Positions 37,538 to 48,855 of a stretch of 64,000 bases of DNA are shown one piece after another; position 1 is the stretch's first letter; every line of letters begins with the position of its first letter. The notes beneath the pieces were generated by a model. The model was not told the origin of the DNA and made no database searches. It worked only from the letters and a program-made list of their open reading frames with translations. The stretch is from Geosiphon pyriformis uo1 (Eukaryota > Fungi > Glomeromycota), in the NCBI GenBank assembly GCA_016748015.1, contig JAAOMT010000128.1:1185538-1249537 (forward strand). The letters are read 5' to 3'. Position numbers and translations under genes: made by a program.

Positions 37538-38938
37538 TCAAAACCATAACCAACGAATTTCTACGGCTTTGAATCATATTATTTATCCGATTTAATCCTT
37601 CCATTCTTCAAATTGATTTTATTTTCATGCATAAATACATTCTTCAATTTCCTTGAGAACATGTGTCGATTATGATTTCCCAAATATTACTCGAGCAAGG
37701 GTTTTTTCGGATTCTTTTTTACCAAATTTAGATTTGAGAATTAATATATTACTCAATGAATGTCCGCATTTCATTATTAAATTATCCTATTAAACATAAA
37801 TTACCGTTACAAGATATAATATATAATAAAAGCTCTTACTCAAAACAAACTGGCGAGTATCTTTGAAATAACAGATCGAACAATCTTTAGATGAAAAAAA
37901 TAGCTTAGCCAAAGTTGGAAGCCAAGAATTAGAAGGATAATCCTGAACCTAAAGAATCGACATAACATCATAGAGCTAAATTATTTATCAGGCCGAATGA
38001 ATTAGCCAAATGGTTCTAAAACAGAATACTATCAAAATTTTGAATAAGATAATTGTAAAATATATATTTTTTGTTGTGAATATTTTTAATTTTTTATATG
38101 TTAATTTCTGATTTAATATTATTTTAATAAACATTATTTATATTTTAGACTGTTTAAAAAAATTGCCAAAATGATGAATTTAAAATTTTTTTATTTTTAT
38201 TAATTCCAAAATTTAGAAAATTTAATTAAAATAAATATTAAATAATAATATTATTATTTTTAATTTTTTAAATAAATTATTGTTTAGATAATTATTTTTA
38301 TATATAATTATATTATAAAAAAGCATTTGAATTAAAGCAAATTTAATTTTTTCAAAAAATATTATAACATAATAATATCAAATACAATTTTAATTTGGCA
38401 AATTATATAATTCTTTTAATTATTAATATATTATTCATTTTTTTACTTTAAATATTTTGATTATTAATTTAAAATTTAAATATAAAATCAAAAAAATTGA
38501 TGTTTGATCATTTATATTTTTAATATTTTTAAATTTGATTATTTTATTTAAAAAAATTATATTTTAATGCTATTATATTTTATTAAAAATTTGTTAAAAT
38601 ACAAATAATAATTTGTTTCAACAAAAAACTTGATTAATATAAAATTAATCAATAAACAAATATTGTAAAAAATGATTTTTTTCAATATGAGTAAATTAAA
38701 AATGCAAATATTTATTGTTCAAATAAGGGAAAAGGATCAATTCAGTCCCCTGCCGCCAATCAATTGTTCTTCAAAGCACGTATCCAGAGTTCATTGAAAT
38801 TTATTCTGTTCTTTACTCTTTTTTGGCGGCGGAACTCTTAACCTTGCTTTTGTAGACTTATGGTTTACAACCGAGAATTTTCTCAAGAAAGGAGACTCGT
38901 AGAAATAATAAGACTCAGAGTAGTCGACAACCACCTTA

Positions 38939-41040
38939 ATGGCCTACCGCATTGCCCCCCGGCTTAATGAAAAAATAAAGTATTTCGCCAAGTTTCCCCA
39001 GACAGGTGTTTCACTCAGACAAATGGTCATGTTTGGTAATAATGAAAAATTTTTTAATAGCTTTTTCTATGCTTTTTATTTTGGATCTATAAAAACATTT
39101 GTAATTAAAGTTTTCTTTTATGCCCTTGTAGGGCAAAATCCTTCTCAAGGAACGTTGTTGCGAGCAAGTCAGTTTTTGGCAGGTAATTTGGGATCGAATT
39201 TCAATTTCTGATTTGTTGCTTTTCCACTAAAATATGATGTTTTATTTTTAATTCATTGCTCCAGAGGAACTTCCTATACGTCTGGCACATCGCGTCAAAG
39301 AGCTCGATGAACTTCCTTACAATTTAAGCGATATGCCGTCAATAATAAAAGTAAAAAATTGGTACGCTCAATCATTTGAGGTAATCTCAAGAAAATTTTC
39401 AAGGAAACAATTTATATTGATTAAGGAATATTCCTCATAGAGTCTAATATTTTCTTGTTCTATTAATTTCCAAATTAGGAATTAGTAGATTTCCCAAAAC
39501 CGGAGCTGCCTTCTTATATTAAAGAAAGGCTTTCTGCTTCAAAAGACGCAAAATTACCAGAAAGTATAGCTAATATATCTGTAAAACCCGCACTAGTAGG
39601 CACATTGCGGTCATCTGTACCTTTGGGGCACAGGTATTATACATCTTCGAGTAAAATAATTCAATAGTATAATTAACATAACATTACCATGACTTAAAGA
39701 TATTATTCGAACATTGATGATATTGATTGGCCTCCAGAAGTATATCATTTCAGCGAAAAATTCACAAAATTAATTGAGAAAATTAAAAGAAGACATGATC
39801 CTGTAGTGACCACAGTGGTAATGTATTCGTCCTCTTGTCTTTAATTTTACCAATCTTCGATAAATATTGATTATGCTTCTCTTTTTTCGTAGGGTAAGAC
39901 AATCTCAATTTTTAATGAAATTAGAATAATCTTCGCGTCTAACCGTGTTTAATAGTAGAGATGATTACTGTACCAACTATTCGCATTACTCCTGATTTCA
40001 GCCCAGGGCATTTTGGAATATAAACAAAACAAAAACTCCAAGTTAATTGATACCGATGTTCAAGCCTTCCTGGATCGTTTTTATATGTCACGTATTGGAA
40101 TAAGAATGTTAATCGGTTAGTATATTGTTGATTTTAGAATTTTTTAGGTTTATTCGCAAATCATTAGTAATATCTCTTTCAACGAGATTAAGCTTGGCTA
40201 AAATCTAAGAATATTAATAGGCCAGCATGTGGCGCTCAATAGGCTTCCTTCCCGGCTAGATTATGTCGGTATCATTTGTACTAAAACTAATATTGCAGAA
40301 ACCGTTCAAGAGGCGGCGGACAATGCTAAATTCATTTGTGAGGATTATTATAGTCTGTTCCGTGCTCCTGAAATCCAACTTTACTGCCCGCAAGACTTGA
40401 TATTCACTTATGTGCCATCACATTTGAGCCACATGTTGTTCGAATTGTTCAAGAATAGCTTACGGGCCGTGGTGGAAACATTTGGCGACGAACGAGACGA
40501 ATATCCTCCTATTAAAGTAATTGTTGCCGAAGGAAAGGAGGTTGTATATAATTAGCATTTTCATTTTTTTTTGTAATCACATTCCTTAAGATTAATTAAT
40601 TTGTAATAGGACATAACGATCAAAATCTCTGATGAGGGAGGCGGTATTCCTCGAAGTAGCATCCCATTAGTATGGACATATATGTATACAACAGCTCAAA
40701 CTCAGGATTTAGATCCCGATTTCAATCAATCTGATTTTAAGGCACCAATGGCAGGGTTTGGTTACGGATTGCCAATCAGTCGACTGGTATTTATTATATG
40801 ATATTATTTAGTCATTGGTTCAATCACAATTCCTTGCTAACATTATCACAAAAAACAAGTATGCTCGATATTTTGGAGGTGATCTAAAATTAATTTCAAT
40901 GGAAGGGTAAGAATGTAACACGATGGCTAAAATACATTTAATTTTTGACTTTGTTAACTCAAATTTTCTCTGACAGGTTTGGAACAGATGTTTATCTTCA
41001 CCTAAATCGTATCTCCAATAGCGATGAACCACTGCAGTAA
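38939..41040 (+). CDS. Mitochondrial pyruvate dehydrogenase kinase / BCKD-kinase family protein, multi-exon
   Basis: [106 protein letters not shown]. Confidence 0.93.
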
Positions 41041-41435
41041 TCTTCCGCTTAATGAACGTTCTTGACTTGACTTTTGAATTTGTAAGTATTCGAATAGTTA
41101 CTTAAAATACTAATTAATTTTATGTTTCTGATGTTTAAGTTTGTTTTAACTATACATGAATCATAGACAATTTTCTACTTTAGACTGTTAAAACTCAATA
41201 TCGTAGCTTGAACTACTGATTTTGAAACGATTAGATTCTGATCGATACTATATATAAATTAATTTGTCTATTTACTCAAGCATATCTTAATTTTGTCAGG
41301 TGGATTTGAATTAAGTCAAAATTTCCATTATTAACAAAACAATTATTACTCTATTTAACTGTGGTTCGACAAATTTCTCTAAATTAAATATAAAATATTC
41401 TTTTACTTAGGTTGTAAGATTCTGTAAAATGATTG

Positions 41436-42273
41436 CTATGATTGTAGTAATACAACAGCTAATCCAGCAGGTATAAAAACCCATTGTTGATTTTCATGAT
41501 CTTCAAGTTCACTTTTACGGGAATAAACAATGACACTAGCAAAATCTTCTTGACATCGTTTCTGTGTATAAATTTACAAAAGATAAGACTAATTAATGAA
41601 TTTGCACATACACGTGGTGTGATGATTTACAAACATACCAAAATATGTACTATAACTACCTCAATATCTAAAACGATATCCTGATTAGACAACGCAGCGA
41701 TCTTGTGATCTTTTGTGTAAACCCAACGTTGTGTATGTCCTTCATGACTAAACTGTGCAGGCCATTGACAAATTTTTGCCACTAAAATATTTAAGATGTT
41801 AAGAACTTGAGGAATAAAACATATTGTGTATGAAAAGTCGGATTTTCTAACTTACTTTTTACTAGTCGACCTGGGATCCGAGACAAAATTCGTTCATGTA
41901 TTAATTTTCGAGCAATTCGAAGGAAAATAGTATTTGAAAAAGGTCGAGAACCTACCACCATATACGTCCAGGCACATTCCACTTCTCTTATTAATGAGGT
42001 AACCAGCCTCATGTCTCCAAAGCTGATTGTCAATATTCTAGGGATTGAAAAAGAAATGAAGATAACATGAAGTCAAAACTCTTTTCAGAAGCTGACAGCA
42101 TTAGAACACGTTAGAGCTTTATGTACCCCTTCTTCGAGCCTCTTAATGTGGTACGTTATGACATCAGCTCCTGGTTCTGTAGAGGCAAAACATACGTCAA
42201 GCACCTTATTGGAGCATACCGACTTTATGTAAAACCAGCCGGACGGGAAGCCAGTCAAATTGCGAGTGTGCAT
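41436..42273 (-). CDS. Ricin-B (beta-trefoil) lectin-domain protein, about five exons
   Basis: GWFYIKSVCSNKVLDV, NQLW, CLDVYG, TQRW, VLDIE, NQQW: three QxW repeats joined across GT-AG introns. No signal peptide is evident. Confidence 0.82.
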
Positions 42274-42652
42274 GATTGAGTATAAAAAGAAATTTTTCGT
42301 TTAAGGACAAAACTTGAAATTAACCGGTAAAAAGAATTTCAGAAGAAAGGGGATAATAATCTTAAAAATACGTGCCCCAAATAAAAGCTTTTTATATCCT
42401 TAAGCTATTGCTCAGTTCGTCGTGTTTTTGAAGAGCTACTCTGATAGTTCAAATCGATAACATGCACTCGAATGATACGTGTGAGGTCGCGTGCAAAAAT
42501 CTTCTGATAGTTGATAGAAAAAGGTACTTATGTCAGGCGCGACATGCAGAAACGTGGTAAAGTTTGTGTACAATCTAATATATCTTCGGACCATATGACA
42601 TAAATATGACATTCTTGACATAGATGGGTTGGATTTGCGATGAAGATTCATC

Positions 42653-44758
42653 ATGAGTGACTGGACAACTGACACTAACTCGCAAAATAATTTTTCTCGC
42701 AGAAATGCCAATTTCAATAGTAGCGGGAGGCTTCCCGGGGGATTTTCTGCAAAAAAAAGTCGACCGAATCCCTTGTTGACCGATCTCGATAGTTGGCCAC
42801 CTTCAAGAACTCGAGAATACCTCCACGGTAATGACTTCTATGGTAATAAATAATAATCTCCCCTCAGAGTTACCAAGACTTTTGGCACAAACTACAGAAC
42901 TGAATGATGGTACTCTTTCAAATGAAGAATCTGACGCGTCTTCCAGGGCGGCTTCACCTGACTTTGAAACCAGTATGGCAGTAACGAGCTCCCCAGCCCA
43001 GCCTCTCAATCTTATTTTTCTATGTTTTTTTCCTCACTGCCCATTGGAGAAACCAATCACAAATAGCATAATCTTAGAAGAGCATTTGAAAAAAGAACAT
43101 AAACTTTGCATCGTTAATCTGCATCATGTCTATATGACACTCAATTCTTACTTGGGGTATTGGGCTAAAAGGTGCGCCGAACTCGGAGTCGAGAACATTG
43201 GAGCCCAAGCGACAGAAGGTCAGAGCATTCAAATTTTATATGCCTTCTCAATCGTCTTTGTATTTGTAATTTTTCAATAATATATACGTTCTGGGTGGGA
43301 TTCAACATAGACCGGACTTTCTTCATCATTGATTCAGTTAATTTACAGGAGGATAAAAAGCTTCGTGAAGAATTACAACGCCAAAAATTGGCAAGATCGG
43401 TTTTTCGGAAAAGTGGTGATTTTATATGATTTTTTAAAGATTTATAAACTCAAATTTGTATCATTTCTAGAATGAAATTCTCAGTATTCACGCTTCTGAG
43501 CACGAAAAAGAGGCCAAAACTGAAAGAAAGTGCCTTTTTTGTACGAATCTTTGTTCGAATAGGTATATAATTATGATCCGACTTCGATCCCCTCTGAAAA
43601 ATATTTATTGTATCTCTTATTTACATTCGTTTAGAACGTTCTTATTTCGTCATATGTTTATCGAGCACAACTTTAATATTGGTCTTCCTGATAATTTAGT
43701 AGATGTAGAGCAATTTCTCGAAATTCTGCAACAAAAGTTGTTAAGGTTTTTATCTTGGCGTTTTATTTTTTAGTTGATTGAAGTTAATTGATTTCTAATC
43801 TTATTACTGCGATATCTGATTTTATAGGCTTGAGTGCTTGTATTGTGAAAAGACTTTTACGAGTCCAGCGGTATTACGCAAACATATGAGGAAAAAAAAA
43901 CATTTTAAAATTAATGCGAAAAATAGGATTTACGATCGTTTTTATATTATAAATTATCTCGTAAGTCGCGCTTTTTGAATAAATTCATTGAAAGCCCATC
44001 AAAATTCATTTAAGAATCATTTCCTTTTAGGAACCGGGGAAGAATTGGGAAGCTTATGAAAAAGAAGAATATGAATCAGACGAGGATAAAGGGGATGGGT
44101 AAGTTGTAAAGTTCGGCAACTCCCATTTAATTTTGAAATCCTGAATTTTGACTTCCCACAGCTCATGGGAAGATTGGAATGAAATCTTTGAACCTGATCC
44201 AACAATGTGCCTATTTTGTGAGAGCGTGGCTAAATCTGCAAAGGACGCATCCAACCATATGAAAGATGCACACGGCTTCGATTTGTTGAGTGTTAAGCGT
44301 AAAATGAGTAAAAAAAAATTTTATAAATTTTTGGTTTCTCTTAATATCCTGCTTTAGCTAACAATATTTTGTTTTTTATTCTGTTAAAAAGAGCTAGATT
44401 TCCATCAAACAATAATTCTTATTAACTATATAAGATGCCAAACATCTTTTGCTACATGTATGGCTTGTAACGCGTCTTTCGATGATTTACAACGCATGAC
44501 CCAACATATGGAGCGGGAAAATTGTTTTACCAAAGTCCCAGCTTTGGATAATCCTTTCTGGAAGGATCCACAGTATGTATTTATATTATAACTTGGCTTT
44601 AAAACGCTTTTTAGATAAAATAATGACAATATCTTAGGTATTTATTTCCGGCATATGAGAATGACCCTCTTCTCATTGGTTTTGAAGAAGCACAATCAAG
44701 CAATGATGAAGATGAGGACGAAGACCAAAACGACCAAAAACCTAATAGTGAGAACTAA
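42653..44758 (+). CDS. ZNF277: ZNF277-like C2H2 zinc-finger protein, multi-exon (start 42653 or 42831)
   Basis: CLFC...HMFIEHNFNIGLPDNLV, CLYCEKTF..LRKHMRKKKH, YDRFYIINYLEPGKNW, CLFC..HMKDAHGFD, LINYIR, W...YLFPAYENDPLL. Confidence 0.85.
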
Positions 44759-45069
44759 TTATTTAAGAATTTGATAGAAAAACATGATTCCGATTCCTTT
44801 AAAATTTTGTATTTGTGTAAAACCCCAAGGACTATGCCCTCGCAAGAAAATTAAAAAATTCACGTTATTAATATAAGGGTGTAATGATCTCCCAGTAAAT
44901 TAGTAATGGTGCCACCGAGCTTCTTTGTGCAACTATTGTATACGGCAGCAGCTAATTGAACATGAATGCATAAGTATGTTGATATAACCTTGTCTCCGTT
45001 TGAACATTATTAAACTTTTATTTTACAATCACCCCCCAAGCTTTCAAGCGTAAAAGCTTTTTGGGAAAA

Positions 45070-47430
45070 ATGGATCCCTATGCATCTTCAGGTTATAGTG
45101 GCGAACAAGGGTATAACTATCAGCAATGTAGGTCCAAGTGGGCGAACCTAAACATCTTATCTGGCTAAATTAACTTTTAGCTTGAGAAGAGTAGGCGAAA
45201 AAGCTTTTATAATGAGATCAAGATGTTTATTTCATTATGTTTGAGCGAATGCTTTTTAACGCTGGAGGGGGATTCAGTTTCTGGTAGTCGATTATGTTAT
45301 TATGAAACGGCACTGTACGCACGATGCACTTCCACGGCCATACTTTTCAGGAAGCTGCTGACTGTGCATCTTGCATCCCCCTCCTTTAAATACGTTTCTC
45401 TTGACTGATCACTTTATTATAATAAAAATGTATGCTTCCACTGTATCCAAAAATCAAACCGAAATCTATTTAGATAACGATGCGTATAATCAAAGTGGAT
45501 ACGCACCCCCAACCAATTCCTCCGACTATTATTATGGAAGCGGACAAACGCCAGCGGGAGGAACGAGTAGCAATACCCCAAATGTTGGCCAAGCGACACA
45601 ACAACCCCCATTACAGCCTCAACAAACTTCAGTACAACCGTTAATAACACAACAGCAACAAGTCCCACCTCCAGCGGCCGCATCTCAAGGTTATTCGCAT
45701 CCACGGACTGATACATATGATGCGAGTAATTACGCAACAGCCGGCTATTATAACTATCCGTCACCAGCTCCAACTGGTAGTTATCAAGCCAATTCCATAC
45801 CACCGGCAGCTGGTGCTATAAACTCCAATCCACCTCCTTTTCATACAGGTGGTGGATATGGTAGTGCGCCAACACCGCAAAATAAACCTTCATATGATCG
45901 TGTGGGTGAATATGGGGAAAGTTCTGGAAATAGTAGTTATGGTGGTGGTAAAAATCCATATGGTGAAAGTTATGGAGGTGTTAGCGGTAGTGGTGGTGGT
46001 GGTGGCGGTGGTGGTGGCGGTAGTGGTGGTAGCGGTGGTAGCAGCGGTAGTGCCTATAAACCTCGAGAAGCTGTTAGAGATACCGGGTTTCCGCTACCTC
46101 CAAAAGAAAGCTCATATGAAAGCTATGCTGCCAGAGGAAGTGAAGAAGGTGGATACAAAGGTGAGTTAATTCCATCTATCCTAAACATTTTTGTTTCATA
46201 TGATGATCCCTGCAAGTTACAATTCTTTTATTATTTATTATACAGATTTCAATGAAGATTCTGTAGTTCACACAAGTACAGATACGATATATATATCAAA
46301 TTTAAGCAAAGATGTAACTGAAGAAAAATTAGCAAACTTCTTTGGAGGACTTGGAAGGATCAAAATAGATAAAAGAACTCAGAAGCCCAAAAGTGAGAAA
46401 ATTCCCCAATTTCCATTCTTGTCGATTAATCGTTTTTCGTTTAAAAGATTTTCTTCTTAATTTTTGGTCTATAGTATGGATATATTACGATAAGGTGTCA
46501 GGAATTCCTAAGGGAGATGGTGAGATGGAACAGGGCTTAACATTCTTAATCTGGACCAATAAGTTTTCTATTAACTCTCTGAATCTTTCAAAAAAGCAAC
46601 TTTAACATATGAAGATCCTGATGCTACTTCAGCTGCGATAGAATGGTTTCATAATAAGGAATTTTTGGGTCAGGTAAGATAAATTTTTTTTTAGCTGTAT
46701 ATGTCATTATGAGTTTGAATCACTATTTTGAAGATTAATCTCCCCGATAATAAAATATAACTAGTTGATTAAAGTAGAAATGTCTGTGCGTAAATTGGGA
46801 CCAGCAGGTTTTAGTAATCGGGGCTCAGGAGGCCGTTCTCGACCAAGAGGACGTGGATTTGGTGGAGGAAGAGGTTCTGATCGTGGAGCACCTGGTGGAA
46901 GTGGAGCTGCTGTTGGTGGTGGTAGTGGTGGTAGTGGTAGTGGTGGTGGTGGTAGAGGAGGCCCTCCACCACGAGAAGGAGATTGGATGTGTGATTCGTA
47001 AGTCACTCACATTCACCCATTCTATCGAGAATATTTTCATATACTAAAAAGATTTTTCCTAAATTTGGTTACGTCCACAAAAACAAAAAGGTGTAACGCC
47101 AATAATTTTGCCAGGAGGACTGAGTGTTACAAATGTCATGCTCCGCGTACCGATGGGCCGACTGAAGATGGTGGCTTTGGAGGAGGCCGTTATAGCAGTG
47201 GTGGTGGTGGTGGTAGTGGTACATCATCACGAGGTGGGTATAGGGGTCGCCGAGGTGGTGGCCCTTCTTATGGCAGTGGTAATGGCCGCTTTGATGACGA
47301 CAGAGGATATGCAAGCGGAGGTGGTTACCGTAACAATGACAGTAGCTATGGTGGTGGCTATGATCAAGGTTATGGAAGACAAAACAAACAAGATGATCGA
47401 CGGGACAACTCCCGCTTCCGCCCGTACTAA
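45070..47430 (+). CDS. FET-family (FUS/EWSR1/TAF15-like) RNA-binding protein, multi-exon
   Basis: S/Y/G/Q-rich N-terminus; RRM (TIYISNL...PKGDATLTYEDP..AAIEWF); RGG boxes; RanBP2 zinc finger (REGDWMCD-CNANNFARRTECYKC); C-terminal PY-NLS (DRRDNSRFRPY). Confidence 0.9.
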
Positions 47431-48855
47431 TCTTCCTTATTGAAAGTTCATCCAGAAAAGCGAGGAATTTTTTATTAACCTCGTGATATTTTTATCGTTC
47501 GTGCTTCATAATATTTTTACTGGACCATTACCACCACCACCATGGCTACTCGATTTTGTTCTTGTTTTAATGAGTTCGTTATTACTACCGCGGGTTTTTA
47601 CGGATATCGTCATGGTTAAACTCCAAGACGGAATATTGAGGTTTTTAAGGTTTACGAGAAAAGCGAAAAAACCAACAGATCACCAAGAGATAAGAGAGGC
47701 ATAAGGGGTAGCAGCGTAAAAAGTGCCCCTTGCTATATACCTTGGGTATATCAAGGAAATATGTATTATAAAAACGGGTAGGTATTTTCAGAATTTCTTG
47801 CAACCCAGGAATATGAATTATGCAGGGATCTCAACTGGTGCACAGCAAAGAGAGAAAAACAAGTGAGGTAGGTAAACTCGTAAAGAAGTTCACCAACACC
47901 ATATTATATTTGTAAGAAAGCGTTGGGTCAGTCGTTCGATGCGTCATTAGACATGCTTCTATATGGCTTGCGAACTCTTATTTGAAACCAACAATAACGT
48001 ATCAGATATTGTATTTGGCATTTGAAGGAAGCCTTTATGTACATGCCGAACAAAACTCCGAAATCCCCAAAATTGAATAAAAATATATTTCAAAAATGAA
48101 GAATTAATAGCGTAACATCGCATATATTTTATAAAGTTAGTGTATAAGTGGTAACCAGTAATAGTTAGAAAATAAGCCCAAAATACTAAAAGGAAATCGC
48201 TTAAACCTAAACCACAACCCCTTGTACCCTCCAATAGATAGTTTCGCCATGCCTTATGACGAAAATAAGATATATTTGAACCTTTATCTCTCCCTTCGTT
48301 GTTTGGCGCTTATTGAAAGAATCAAAAAGTACTCAATCTCTATGTATTGAAGGGATGAAAGGTAGAAATTTGATAATAATGAGAAAGTTTAAGTTTCGGG
48401 TTGAAGAATTTAGAGAGATGGAAGAAACGTGATAGGGACAAGAACAGATTGTGTGAAAGTTATATGAATTACGCTTGAGCTTTAAAAATCTGCTTGGAAG
48501 GAATTAATATATGGTGACATGGCACTAAAACATATCGGGAAATAAAACGACATAAGAAATACTATTCGTTCAATTCGCAAAGCTCCACGAAAAGCGGTCT
48601 TAAAGGATAGAATTTTTGATAAAAGTTCGTCTTTGTCGTGGAAGAGCTGCTTAATTCATAATATAGTTGACAAAACTGCAAAAGAGGTGTATCCATGAGC
48701 ATTTTCGCCCGCATATGATGGAGGACGAGGAGCACGAATCAACGAGCGGTAAGGCACCTAAATGAAGGCCAGCAAATGGAAAGTGATCCTTGAGCCTCGT
48801 CCACGAACAATAAAAAATTTTCTTTTTGTTTATATTAATTCGAATACCTGATATT

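Noticed and set aside
45264-45384. Intronic TPP riboswitch
   Set aside because: The conserved TPP aptamer motifs are not evident and the host gene is unrelated to thiamine metabolism.
45849-47443. Val-rich, Thr-rich and His-rich ORFs overlapping the FET gene
   Set aside because: They are shadow frames of GGT/GGN glycine repeats.
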